Shown here: piece after piece, positions 21,025 to 32,200 of the stretch
Numbering within the stretch: position 1 is the stretch's first letter
Layout: each line of letters starts with the position of its first letter
Notes under the pieces: model-generated
The model's input: only the letters and a program-made list of their open reading frames with translations
Databases searched by the model: none
What the model was told of the DNA's origin: nothing
Assembly (NCBI GenBank): GCA_051531975.1
Contig: JAOPTT010000006.1
Span: forward strand, 64,656 to 128,655
Reading direction: 5' to 3'
Length of the DNA: 64,000 bases
From: Spirochaetaceae bacterium
GTDB lineage: Bacteria; Spirochaetota; Spirochaetia; DSM-2461
Position numbers and translations under genes: made by a program

Positions 21025-21465
21025 ATGAAAAAAATAATATTAATTCTACTTAGTTTTTCTTTGTTATCATGTGTTACTACAATTGAAAATTTAAAAGATG
21101 AACCAGTAAAATATGCTGGGACAGTCGTTTCTATTAGAGGTGAAGTTACAAATAAAATAAATATACCTTTCACAGATTATTCATTGCTTGAGTTAACTGA
21201 TTCAACTGGCAAAATTATTATATTTTCTGTTAATGATTATAATAAATCTGATAAAGTTAGATTAAAAACTAAAGTAATTGCTTTTGATTCTGAGAACTTA
21301 GAACAATCAACTCAAAATATAATTAGTTCAATCGAGAATTTTTTAATTGAGAAATTATCTTCTGACAAAAAAAGCGTTAGTAAAGCTTCAAAAAATATAG
21401 GGAAAACAGTTTCTGCTATATTAAATAAAATTGAAGCTACTTATTTCTTAATTGAGGTAGACTAA
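21025..21465 (+). CDS. Lipoprotein with OB-fold-like domain
   Basis: Lipobox FSLLSC; YAGTVVSIRGEV...LELTDSTGKIII pattern; SD GGAG before ATG 21025. Confidence 0.7.
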   Translation: MKKIILILLSFSLLSCVTTIENLKDEPVKYAGTVVSIRGEVTNKINIPFTDYSLLELTDSTGKIIIFSVNDYNKSDKVRLKTKVIAFDSENLEQSTQNIISSIENFLIEKLSSDKKSVSKASKNIGKTVSAILNKIEATYFLIEVD

Positions 21466-21467
21466 CA

Positions 21468-22043
21468 ATGGAAAAATGGAAATATAAATACTCTTTCTTA
21501 TCTGGAATACTCTTTCTTTTATCTTTTATTTTTAAAGAGATGGTTGTTAATAGTCCCAAAAATCCTTCTGTTATTGTTTTTATTGTTCCTTATATAATGT
21601 TAATTTTATATTCAATAGGACTTTTTATTGGTTTTTTAAAATATTCAAAATTAAATGATAGATATATTCTTTTTTCAGCATCATTTTTTGTAGCTCTTTT
21701 TTATTCAATTCTTGTTTTGACAGAGCTTATAGATCGGTTTGTATCTTTAAATGATATCTCTTATCTCCTAATTTTTTTACCTAATTTTCTATTTTCTGTA
21801 TCATTAATTTATTTTGCTGTAACACTTTTTATTCAAAAAAAGATTTATGGAAAATTAACAGTATTACAAGGTACATTTGCATTAGTATTAGGTTTATCTT
21901 TTCTAGTTCCATATCTTTATTTATTACGATTACCAATGTTTATACTGTTTTTTATATCAATAACTTATTTGATTTTAAAAAACGATAATAAACTAATAAA
22001 TAAAAATAAAGAACCAGACCTATTATCAAGAGGTAAATTTTGA
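21468..22043 (+). CDS. Multi-pass membrane protein, unknown function
   Basis: About 6 hydrophobic segments in 191 aa. Confidence 0.7.
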   Translation: MEKWKYKYSFLSGILFLLSFIFKEMVVNSPKNPSVIVFIVPYIMLILYSIGLFIGFLKYSKLNDRYILFSASFFVALFYSILVLTELIDRFVSLNDISYLLIFLPNFLFSVSLIYFAVTLFIQKKIYGKLTVLQGTFALVLGLSFLVPYLYLLRLPMFILFFISITYLILKNDNKLINKNKEPDLLSRGKF

Positions 22044-22339
22044 GTCGTCAGTATAAAGAAGATGAAATGCTTAAATCAAAAGGGATCACTTATTTCCCAC
22101 CTGTAAAAGAATTTAAAGAAGCTTTGAGTATATATAACGAATGTGGTGGTATGATCATATCTTTAGAAGAAGACGGTTTTATGATAGATGAACCTGATAC
22201 CATATCTAAATTATATGATATTCCTAAAGAGCATCTAGAAATGTATTTTAAAGATGCTCTTAATAATAACTTGGAATCTGATGAAATAAATTCTATTATT
22301 TCAAAATGGAAAGAAGAAGAAATTAATTCTTCAATATAA
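22040..22339 (+). CDS. Small acidic hypothetical protein
   Basis: 99 aa, TTG start overlapping the previous stop, SD GAGG. Confidence 0.65.
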   Translation: MSRQYKEDEMLKSKGITYFPPVKEFKEALSIYNECGGMIISLEEDGFMIDEPDTISKLYDIPKEHLEMYFKDALNNNLESDEINSIISKWKEEEINSSI

Positions 22340-22340
22340 T

Positions 22341-23942
22341 CTATACTTCATTTAACTCATCACCAAGCTTTTCTGCATAGTTTGATAACTCTTCGGACAT
22401 CTGTGTTAACTTAACCATCTCGTTGTGTACAGTTTTATTCCCATTAGAGATTTCATCCATACTACTATTTAAGGTTACTACAAAACTTCCCATTTCTGAG
22501 AAGTTCTTCATTACTTTATCATCATTAATTTGTACTACTTTTACAGCATCATTAACTTGAGCGGTCAAATTATTCATACTTGATGTTGCACCTAATAATT
22601 CATCACTACCAACTGACAGTTCATTTACACTAGTATTAATTTCATGCATAGCTTCATCAACATCTTTAACATTTTCACTAATTGATATAAAAGCATCACC
22701 ACTATTTTGCACATTTTTATCAGTAGTATTTATTGCAGATATTAATTCTTTTAATGTTTCACTAATCTGTTTTACATTCATAGCACTTGATTCTGCTAGT
22801 TTTCTAACCTCATCTGCTACAACTGCAAATCCTTTACCACTTTCACCTGCATGTGCAGCTTCAATTGCGGCATTCATGGCTAATAAATTTGTTTGACTAG
22901 AGATTTTTGATATAGTCGTAGTCATATTTTTTATGTTATCAATATGATCAATTACCTGCTGGAATGAGTCTTTCGTTTTACTTATAACAGCAGCTCCTGT
23001 ATCTGCAGTTGTTTTTAATTTAGCAACCGCAACAACTTTATTATTTATAATATTTGAAACATTTTTAATAGAAGCAACCATTTCTTCTAAAGATGCACTA
23101 GTTTCTACAATGTTAGCAGAAGTACTATCAGAAATCTTTTCAAGAGTTAATACACTTTCAGAAATTTGCTGTAAAGACTCTTCTGAAATATGGAATTGTG
23201 TACTTAGAGAAGTTACTTTGTCTTTTACTTGATTAACACTATTTTCAATTGTTGTTACACTATTTGTAGCTTCTTCAATATTATCTTTTATTTTATTAGT
23301 TTGTTTGAATTGAGAATTAGATTGCACAATAATTTCTTTTAATTTATCTTCTTTTTCTTCGCTCTCTGTAATTTTATCTAAAGTATCTGAAATTGTCTTG
23401 GATACAATAATTCCATATTTAATAAGTAATAATAAGGAGATTACATATATTACTAAAGGGGCTGTTAATTGTTGTTGTAATGTTCGTGTTAATTCAGTTA
23501 CTTCTTTAAACATAATTCTTCTAATAATATCTGAAAAATAAAAGACTGAATAAAAGATTATTATAATTTTATGTTGTTTTATGGTATTAGAAAATACAGT
23601 ACTTAATATCACTAACATTATACCAATACTTGCATAAACCATAAAATGTTGTTCCCCATTAATTTTATTCATCAAACCTGAAAGAACAATAATTCCAGCA
23701 AAAGTATATATTGTATATGAACAAGCTAGTTGATACTTTTTTTTATGTAATAAAAATAACGAAATTAACATTGCAACAATTATTAAAGAAAATAATCCAA
23801 ATACTAAATAATTTTTTGAGACAATATTATTAAGTAAAACTGGGAGCATTGCTATTGCAAGGCCTATGTTTAATACTTTTAAAATTGGAGCCTTCATTTG
23901 TGTTTCATAATCAGCATCTTTATATAACTCTTTTATTTTCAT
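22341..23942 (-). CDS. Methyl-accepting chemotaxis protein with multi-TM sensor region
   Basis: [38 protein letters not shown] signalling tip; about 6 N-terminal TMs. Confidence 0.95.
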   Translation of the reverse strand: MKIKELYKDADYETQMKAPILKVLNIGLAIAMLPVLLNNIVSKNYLVFGLFSLIIVAMLISLFLLHKKKYQLACSYTIYTFAGIIVLSGLMNKINGEQHFMVYASIGIMLVILSTVFSNTIKQHKIIIIFYSVFYFSDIIRRIMFKEVTELTRTLQQQLTAPLVIYVISLLLLIKYGIIVSKTISDTLDKITESEEKEDKLKEIIVQSNSQFKQTNKIKDNIEEATNSVTTIENSVNQVKDKVTSLSTQFHISEESLQQISESVLTLEKISDSTSANIVETSASLEEMVASIKNVSNIINNKVVAVAKLKTTADTGAAVISKTKDSFQQVIDHIDNIKNMTTTISKISSQTNLLAMNAAIEAAHAGESGKGFAVVADEVRKLAESSAMNVKQISETLKELISAINTTDKNVQNSGDAFISISENVKDVDEAMHEINTSVNELSVGSDELLGATSSMNNLTAQVNDAVKVVQINDDKVMKNFSEMGSFVVTLNSSMDEISNGNKTVHNEMVKLTQMSEELSNYAEKLGDELNEV

Positions 23943-24034
23943 TTTATTCCCCTATTTCAATAATATTTCATTACCTTTAATACATCAATTCTTTTTTTAT
24001 AGCGCCTATAGTTTCTATATGATAATATATTTTT

Positions 24035-25039
24035 GTGAAATGTTATTCTATATGTATAATTCTTATATTAATTACCTCTTGTTCAAAAAGTTATAAGGTT
24101 AATGAATTAAATCTATATAGTGGTGTTTCTGAAATAATAAAACTTGAAAATAATAATTTTGTTTTTTTAGCCAATTTAACAAATTTTAATAATATAATTA
24201 CTTTAAACTATATTTCAGATAGTGGTGAACTAATTAATGTATATCCACTTGATAAGTATACAAATACAGATGTCCAAGCAAATTTTATAAAATTAGTTAA
24301 TCAGAAAAATCAGTTAACGGTTTTTTACGAGAATAAAGGGCAAGAAATAATTGCTGAAAGTTTTAACAATTTACTAAGAACTAACTATATTAAGTTTATC
24401 CGGGACAAAAGTAGCTACGGGTCAATCTTTAAAATTGAAAACAATGCAAAACCGATATTTATTAGAAGTAAAAAAAACTATGTTAATACTAAACACAGTA
24501 ATTACAAATATAATTATTTTCTATTGAATAATAAACTAGAAGTCTTAGAAAATCACTCTATTGATCTAGGTGAATATTTTCCTAGGGGCATAACAGTATT
24601 TAATGATAAAATAATCTATTTTATTGATGACAGTAAACTATTTTTCTACAATATAAAGGATAAACAACATACGCCAATATATCAGTTTAAGAACGATATA
24701 CTTGATATAAAAATTATATCAGATAAGATGTTAATACTATTATTCGATGTTATATATATTGTAAATAAAAGTGGTGAAGTTACAAAAAGTTTTAAACTTA
24801 TAAAAAAGGGTAGTAGTTATTCTGCAAATAAAATAATTGAAACAAACAATAATGTAATAGTAGTGCAATTTAATTCAGAAAATGGATCAATGTTTAAAAG
24901 TTTTAATGTTCATGGAATACAGATGAGTGAATATTTTTTAAAAGAAAATATATTTGGAGATTCTTATCACTATAAATCTGAAAACAGTACATCATTTTTT
25001 TATTCAACTGCTGATAGTCTTTTTTTTAAGGATTTTTAA
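24035..25039 (+). CDS. Putative lipoprotein, beta-rich (propeller-like)
   Basis: LILITSC lipobox; repeated short beta-strand patterns. Confidence 0.65.
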   Translation: MKCYSICIILILITSCSKSYKVNELNLYSGVSEIIKLENNNFVFLANLTNFNNIITLNYISDSGELINVYPLDKYTNTDVQANFIKLVNQKNQLTVFYENKGQEIIAESFNNLLRTNYIKFIRDKSSYGSIFKIENNAKPIFIRSKKNYVNTKHSNYKYNYFLLNNKLEVLENHSIDLGEYFPRGITVFNDKIIYFIDDSKLFFYNIKDKQHTPIYQFKNDILDIKIISDKMLILLFDVIYIVNKSGEVTKSFKLIKKGSSYSANKIIETNNNVIVVQFNSENGSMFKSFNVHGIQMSEYFLKENIFGDSYHYKSENSTSFFYSTADSLFFKDF

Positions 25040-25073
25040 TTGTTTTATCACAACACTATTGATATAATTATTT

Positions 25074-25616
25074 ATGAAAAAAAGCTATGTTGTTATACTA
25101 TTACTTATATTCAGCTGTAAATCTGTTGATAATTGGGAAGAAAAGCCTGTTCTATTACAAAATACTGTGAAAGAAGCTAGTACATATGTAACTGAACAAA
25201 AAGCATATATAGAGTTAGTTCAAAGTCGACTCAACATGGATGTTAAAGAGAACCTATCTATTGAACAATTGGATCATCTACTAGCAGTAGAAAAAGATAT
25301 AACATTATCCTCTCAAAGAGTAATGAATAGTTGGTTTGATTTTTATTTAAAGTTAAGAGAAGACCCGGGTTTTTCAGAAGCGCTTAATGGTCATTATTAT
25401 CTGAAAAAAGCAATCACTGCACTAAACTTTAGTGAACAAATGAAACTAAAAAATCAAAATAAAACTTTAAGAGAAAGTAAGCTATATGATGAAATTAACC
25501 TATTGGAAGAGGAGTGCAGGTTATCTATAGGTGAAATTGTTGCATATAACAATACTCAACTTGATCCTGAATTTTATTATAAACAACTAAAAAAAATATA
25601 CAAACAAATTGATTAA
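25074..25616 (+). CDS. Putative helical lipoprotein
   Basis: LLLIFSC lipobox, 180 aa. Confidence 0.7.
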   Translation: MKKSYVVILLLIFSCKSVDNWEEKPVLLQNTVKEASTYVTEQKAYIELVQSRLNMDVKENLSIEQLDHLLAVEKDITLSSQRVMNSWFDFYLKLREDPGFSEALNGHYYLKKAITALNFSEQMKLKNQNKTLRESKLYDEINLLEEECRLSIGEIVAYNNTQLDPEFYYKQLKKIYKQID

Positions 25617-26854
25617 TTTATATCTAGAATATTGAATCGATAATTCTGTGTAACGACACCATCTAGTTCAAATATTTTGTATATTACCCTCTTTTCTCCA
25701 AATTTTAAAGGTAAATCCTTTTTAGTCATTAGTTTAATATTTTTAGCATATTTAAGAATATTGAACTCATCATACCACTCTAGCTGTCCCTCAAAAATAT
25801 TTATTTGTTCCTTACTTTTATTACTTAATAAAACTGCAAATGTCAAATAATTAGAAGTCACACCTGTTGTTATTGTATATTCTATCTCGTGAATTTCAAT
25901 TTTTCTTTTTATATTAATAGGTAATATAAATTCTAAAGGTTTAAGTTTTTCTCTCTCTTTCCCAGGTGCTGATTCTATCTTTGTTATCTCAATCAATATA
26001 AGAGATATATTAGGGCTATTTCTTAGAGCACTTTTGGTTATACTAAATGGTATAGTTTCATTTTTGTAATATTCTATCAATTGTGGAGTAGAGAACTTTT
26101 CATTAATTAAAATATTATTATCTTTATCAAACCATTTTACAAAACCTTCTAAATATAAAATATTTTCGGTTTCAGATACTACTTCAAAGCTAAGTTCGTG
26201 TAAAAAATTATTAGTACCTTGATTCATTTTGGATTCAATAATAACAATATGTGGTTCAGAAGTATGATAAAACTTTTTAACTTCTGTTTTAATTTCACCA
26301 GGGGATAAATTGCTATTAGTGCTATAATTTGTAGTTATATTGTTTGATTGTTTTGGAACAAAAATAACGAATAACATTATAATAATTGGTAATAGAAATA
26401 TTAATAACCATAATTTTTTTATCTTTTTTTTTACTTTGTTGTTATTTAGTTTTTTTAATTTTCTATATAACTTTTTATCAACAATTTTTATTTTTTTTAT
26501 TACTAAATCTAGGGATTCTAAATCAGTTGAGTCATCACCAATTACTCTGTTTTTCTCAGCTAAAATCATATAATATAATTCAAGAATATTACTATTAAAT
26601 GGAGTTTTATACATAGCTTCTTCAATATTCGTTAATGCTTTGTTCCAATCCCCAAACTCAAAATCATTTTTTGCAGAATCGTAGTTTAAATTGGCTAGTT
26701 CATCTATTTTATCTAAATCTTCAACTTCTAATTTATGCTTATTTTTTAATATTGTTAAATCATTTAATGAAGTTATTTTATTATTGAGTACAAGATCTCT
26801 TAACTCTCTTGTATAAGACTTCAAGTTGTTTGAATTGTTTGATTTTTTATCCAT
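25613..26854 (-). CDS. Bitopic membrane protein with TPR-like N-terminus and two Ig-like (FxLYD-like) domains
   Basis: TPR-like GDWNKALTNIEEAMYKTPFN, one TM, repeated EGFVKWFDKDN / EGQLEWYDEFN. Confidence 0.65.
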   Translation of the reverse strand: MDKKSNNSNNLKSYTRELRDLVLNNKITSLNDLTILKNKHKLEVEDLDKIDELANLNYDSAKNDFEFGDWNKALTNIEEAMYKTPFNSNILELYYMILAEKNRVIGDDSTDLESLDLVIKKIKIVDKKLYRKLKKLNNNKVKKKIKKLWLLIFLLPIIIMLFVIFVPKQSNNITTNYSTNSNLSPGEIKTEVKKFYHTSEPHIVIIESKMNQGTNNFLHELSFEVVSETENILYLEGFVKWFDKDNNILINEKFSTPQLIEYYKNETIPFSITKSALRNSPNISLILIEITKIESAPGKEREKLKPLEFILPINIKRKIEIHEIEYTITTGVTSNYLTFAVLLSNKSKEQINIFEGQLEWYDEFNILKYAKNIKLMTKKDLPLKFGEKRVIYKIFELDGVVTQNYRFNILDIN

Positions 26855-26899
26855 ATCATATTATAATCTTTTTTATGGACTATTTAAATAGGAGTCAAT

Positions 26900-27790
26900 T
26901 TGAAAAGCTTAATACTTTATCCTGAAAATGATAGATATGTATTAAAAAGAATTTTTAAAATATTTAATTCTCAAAATATAAAAGTAGATGCAAGCATGAT
27001 TAACAGAAGTTGGACTTTAGATCAACTAGCTACTATATATTCAGTTCTAGATAACTATACTCATTTAATAATCATCATATCTTCGGAATGTTTTAAAGAA
27101 GCCTGGTTAGCAGGTTTATTAGGTTATCTATCAGGTTCCAATAAAGGCTGTTTTTTTTATTTTACAGAAAATGATGATAGTAATTTTAAACTATTTTCAA
27201 AATATCCAAACGGTCAGGGATATAATGAAGTTCAATCCTATGCAGAAATTGAATCTGTGCGTTGGAGTAAGGTACAAAAGAAAGAAGAGGCTCGAAACCA
27301 CTTAATTGATATGGGTTTTGCTTTAAGTGACGACTCATTAGGAGAGTGCATTGTTTCTGGTCATGTTAGTATTGTAAAGAAGTATATAGACGCTGGTTTT
27401 TCTTGCTCAACAAGAAATTCAAAAGGTGTTCCAGTTTTATGTCTAGCAATAAGAAGCAATCATCTAGAGATTGTAAAATTCTTAATAGATCTTGGAGCTG
27501 ATATAAATGCTATTAGTGACGATAGAAATAACACTCCTATTATGGATGCATCATCATCTGGTTATATGGACTCTGTAAAATTACTTGTTTCAGAAGGTGC
27601 AGATTTAGAGTGTCAAAGTAAAAATGGGCAAACTGCACTAATTTTAGCTGTAGGTCATGGTGATATTGAGTTATCAAATTATTTATTAAGCGCTGGTGCT
27701 GATTATGAGATTAAAGATTTTTTAGGTATGTCTGCTAAGGCATACGCAAAACTTTTTAATAAACCTGAGATTTTAGAGTCAATGATTTAA
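26900..27790 (+). CDS. Ankyrin-repeat protein with N-terminal TIR-like alpha/beta domain
   Basis: Ankyrin repeats GVPVLCLAI...GADIN, NTPIMDAS...GADL, GQTALILAV...GAD; SD AGGAG. Confidence 0.85.
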   Translation: MKSLILYPENDRYVLKRIFKIFNSQNIKVDASMINRSWTLDQLATIYSVLDNYTHLIIIISSECFKEAWLAGLLGYLSGSNKGCFFYFTENDDSNFKLFSKYPNGQGYNEVQSYAEIESVRWSKVQKKEEARNHLIDMGFALSDDSLGECIVSGHVSIVKKYIDAGFSCSTRNSKGVPVLCLAIRSNHLEIVKFLIDLGADINAISDDRNNTPIMDASSSGYMDSVKLLVSEGADLECQSKNGQTALILAVGHGDIELSNYLLSAGADYEIKDFLGMSAKAYAKLFNKPEILESMI

Positions 27791-27795
27791 AAAAG

Positions 27796-29145
27796 TTATT
27801 CTATTGTCTCTTTGTCTTTAATTGTTGTTTGTAATTCAAGAGATTGCTCAGCAAGATCCTTCATTCTAATTGCAGGGTCAAATTTTTCATCTAATTTAAT
27901 ACACTTTTCCCATATTTTTATAGCATCATTTATTTTGCCTTCTGAGAAAAGTTGTAGTCCTTTTACATACAATTCTTGTATTTGCTCTCTTTTTTCCATC
28001 CTCTGATAGTCACCAAGATTAAGTTTCATTTCTATACTGTAACGATTTAATGGAGTTTCAGGTAACAAATCTAATGAGTAATTGATTGCAAATATAAACT
28101 CATTTTTAGACTCTTCAACTTCTCTTTCAACTTTCACACTTTCACCATGTTTTTTACGATAGTTAATTTCAGTACCAATTGTAATTCTTGGGCTACTTGT
28201 TCTATATAAAAAACCTCCATGAATAGAAGCAATATCGATTATTTTAACATCAAATCCAAATGCGTGGTGGAATCCCTCTCCTTCAGAAATATTCCATTCA
28301 AATGATTCATAATTTCCATCTGCATCAAGAGCAGGGCCATCATGTAGATTAAATTTATAGGCTAAGTCATAAGAGAGAGTTAATAATTCTATAGGTGAAT
28401 AGGCGAATCCTACATTTGCAGAAGATGGAAGTGGGTCAGGGCCGTCTATAAACTCCCGACCTATATTCATTGCTGATAGACCAATAGAAAAATTTCTATT
28501 TCTAGAACTATAAAATTTAAAAAGATTAAACTCTGTTAAAACTCCAATATCAAAAAAAAGAGCTAGGGATGATTGGTCATCTACATCCAGATGGTCATAT
28601 ACATCTGGAACACTTCTATAGGCAAGGTTTACACTTGTTCCAAGTGATATTCCTGAAAAATCAAAACCTCTTAATAAATTCACAGATACGTTATTTTTTA
28701 AAATAAACTCTGAGTAAATTCCCGAATTACTTCTTTCAGCCCAGTCATTAACTCCAGTAAATCCAACATGTAACCATTTTCCCTGAAAACCATAACCTAA
28801 ATCACCATTTCTACCAGTAAAAGCTATTGTTTCCATAGTTACATCTTCAATGAATTCATTATGAAAAAAAGAGATTTCTGAAATATCTAATCTGGAACTA
28901 ACCGATGGATTTGCATTAAAGAATCCTATGTCATTTGGCATTCCTGTGAAAGCAGTTCCCATACCTTCATATTTCCCACCAGGAGGTATATATAACGTTA
29001 AAAAAGCATTTAAACCACTATTATCATTTATCCCAGAATCATCTACGAAAAGCTCATACATTGTGTTATAAAGTTCTTCAGTCTCTTCTGAAAAGAGAAA
29101 ACAAATGAGAAAATTAAATGTTAATACAAAAATGAGTCTTTTCAT
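27796..29145 (-). CDS. UPF0164 family / FadL-PorV-like outer membrane beta-barrel with C-terminal TPR
   Basis: LYIPPGGKYEGMGTAF...NDIGFFNANPS hatch/NPA-like motif; barrel strands; C-terminal TPR YVKGLQLFSEGKINDAIKIWEKCIKLD. Confidence 0.8.
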   Translation of the reverse strand: MKRLIFVLTFNFLICFLFSEETEELYNTMYELFVDDSGINDNSGLNAFLTLYIPPGGKYEGMGTAFTGMPNDIGFFNANPSVSSRLDISEISFFHNEFIEDVTMETIAFTGRNGDLGYGFQGKWLHVGFTGVNDWAERSNSGIYSEFILKNNVSVNLLRGFDFSGISLGTSVNLAYRSVPDVYDHLDVDDQSSLALFFDIGVLTEFNLFKFYSSRNRNFSIGLSAMNIGREFIDGPDPLPSSANVGFAYSPIELLTLSYDLAYKFNLHDGPALDADGNYESFEWNISEGEGFHHAFGFDVKIIDIASIHGGFLYRTSSPRITIGTEINYRKKHGESVKVEREVEESKNEFIFAINYSLDLLPETPLNRYSIEMKLNLGDYQRMEKREQIQELYVKGLQLFSEGKINDAIKIWEKCIKLDEKFDPAIRMKDLAEQSLELQTTIKDKETIE

Positions 29146-29256
29146 TATCCCCCGTAGTTAATTCCCTTCCACAATGTGCCGTAAATACATATAATGAAAC
29201 TATCGTCATATATATTATATATTATAAAACAAATCTTGACAGGAGTTCTTAAATAG

Positions 29257-32200
29257 ATGAAGAAATTATTAATATTATTGTTAATTATATTCTTATCTAC
29301 TACTCTTGTCTATTCTAAAGGTAGTGGAGAAGAAAGTACTCTAGAAATAGCCAATACTTTAATAGAAGATAAAAAATATAATGAAGCTCTTGCAATGTTA
29401 TATTCATACGCAGCTGAGAATCCTAAAGCTATCTACGATGTTCAAATACTTATAGATGAAATTAAAACAAAAAGGGAAGAAAGCAATGCCATTTTAGACG
29501 AATTTTTTACAGCCTTATATGACAACCAAGATTTTGAAACCGCTGAGAAACTTCTAAAAGAGTTTGATGAAAAAAATCCTTATCCAGATGATTTAACTAA
29601 AAAACTACTAAAAAATGCTAGGTCCGGTACACAATTTGTTATTAATCAAAAAAGATTTAAAGAATATATGGATGAAGCTCTTGTTCATTTAGAAGCAAAA
29701 GAATTTAATCTAGCTTTAGATAAATATCTATTATGTTTAGATTTCCATTCAGATGAATTTGATCTATTAATTGAAACTAGTTCCACAGATAGTTTAGAAG
29801 AAATTGACTTAGAAAATATAGATCAGGATCTACCTGTTGATCGATATTATGCTACCTTAAGGAATAGTTCATTTAAAGAGAGGGATTTAATAACAAGTCA
29901 AACTGAAGATTTAAAATTAAATTTAGAAATATTTATAGAATCATATAATGAAAGTATTAAACTTATTCAATCAGAAGTTATAGATAAAGATGTTTTAGAT
30001 AATAAATTGAAAATATTTAAGGTTATTCCAAGTATATTAAACAGTTATTATAAAAGAAAAGAACAACTAGAACAATACAATGATCTGTTTACAAGACTTA
30101 CTACTGATGATACACCAAGTAAGTTTATATCCTATGCATCTTTAACATTATCAGGCCGTAAAAATACTGAAGAAGGATTTATATATTTAATAAATAAATT
30201 ATACCCTATTTATATCGATGATATAATTACAAAAATTGATACAAAAATAGATTTAGATTTTAAGTTAGCTGTTAATTTATATAATTCAGCTAATTATGAT
30301 GAAGCTATAAAAAGTTTTAATAACATCATAAATAGTTATAGCGCTTTAAATAGCAGTGCTTCTTTATGGAAGTCATTTATAAAAATTGATGATAATTTCA
30401 ACATAACAAATGCGGATACTTTAATAAATAAATATAACTATATTGGTGATTCTCAAATTGGAACAAAGGTCATTAAATCTTATATCGGATTAGCAAATTA
30501 TTTAAAAGGTGTAGATGATGATTCAAATATTAGTGACCTTGAAAATTATCGTACTTTTATAGTTTCACAAATGAGTGAAATAGAAGAGGAAAATAAATTA
30601 TGGTCCATAGAGGTTAATAAGATATCAAACAGAGATGTATTAACTTATGCCAATGCACCTAATTTAGTCTCTAATTTACAGATAGAATATAGCAGAGTAA
30701 AAAATCTATTTATAGATAAGGAAATATTACTAGTAGATAAAATAACAAGCAATTATTATGTAGATATTTTTGGTTTCGATATCGATCAGGGTAATAGTGA
30801 TATTGATGCTATGGGAGAAGTTATTGCAAATGCGGCACTACCTACAGATTTAGAAGAGGTTATAGATGTATATTTTGGTATAAATAATACAGATCAGCGT
30901 AGTTTAACAACATATAATCCCGAGACAGCCCTAACTAATTTAACTAAAATAGAAGATGAATATATAACCTTTGTTGATAAAATTGAGAACTACATTAATA
31001 AATTTGAAAATGAAAAATCTTACATAAAATCTAACAATAATTTTAATCTTAGATATCAAAGTGTTTCAAATGCATTTGGTTTAGCAAATAGTAATAAGGA
31101 ATCGTTAATAACTTATTCTACAAATGCTATCGATAAGATTACTTTATCTAAAGAGTCAGAAAATAGGGGAACAACACTGTATAATAGTGCCCTAAATTCT
31201 TTTAGACAGGAAAAATTTAACGAAGCCCGTAGTTTTATAGATAATGGAATTAACGTATCAGAGGTTGCTATATCCTATAGTAAAAATAGTTATGTTATAG
31301 ATGAACTAATTCCTCTGTTTTACAATTTATCCGAAGATATTAACCAAGAAGAGGCTAGGATTGTTATTAGAGATGTTAGAAAGTTAATAACAAGTGGAAA
31401 AGCCCAATATTTAGAAGGAGCTTATATTCCTGCATCAAATTTGTTTAAAGAAGCTGAACTTAAATGGGCAGGAACTAATGTTGATTCTCACCCTGAAATC
31501 CCATATTGGTTAGCATTAATTAGAGATGCATTGGATATTGAGTCTGGTAGATATTTATCAATTACAGAACCACTATATAGTATTCTTGCTGGTTATATAA
31601 GTTTTGCAGAAAATTATTATAGAACCGGATTATTACAAGAAAATAAGGTTGAAAAATTAAAATCTTTTGCTATTGCAGATAGTTATTTAGAAAAAGTACT
31701 ACAGGTTAGAGCATTAAATGAGAGAGCTCGATTTTTACGGTTACAAGTTTTAAAATCAAAAGATCCTGAAGCATTTAAAGCTACTTTTAGTAATAGTTTT
31801 ATTGGGTATAGAAATGATATTGTTAGAGCCATAGAAAACAATAAATCATTAGCTACTAGTACAGTTATGGCTACTTTAGGAAACTACGAAGCAATTGTTA
31901 TAGATGCATATCTGCCAAGGCCTAGATTATCTGGAAGTCGAAGACGGAATTTATTAGAACGATTTTATAAGCAGTCCAATCAGTCAGCAAGTCAAAGAAT
32001 ATCAAACGATGAAAATAAAAAAGTTATAAACGAATCTTATTTAAGTTTAAAGGATTTATATAAAATTGCTGAAGAAAACCAAAAAGTTAATGTTAAAAGG
32101 CTTATAGATATTTCTGAAGTCGCTTTAGGTTTTAAACGATTGCCTGTTGATACACAAAATATTAGAGCTAGTAATAATCTTTTTAATATTGCTAAGGGGA

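Noticed and set aside
26900..27790. Anti-phage TIR (Thoeris-like) defence system
   Set aside because: The catalytic Glu appears absent and no effector or defence-island neighbours are present; kept only as a TIR-like adaptor hypothesis.
27796..29145. Type IX secretion system suggested by the PorV-like motif
   Set aside because: No other T9SS components in the window; the spirochete UPF0164/FadL-like assignment fits better.
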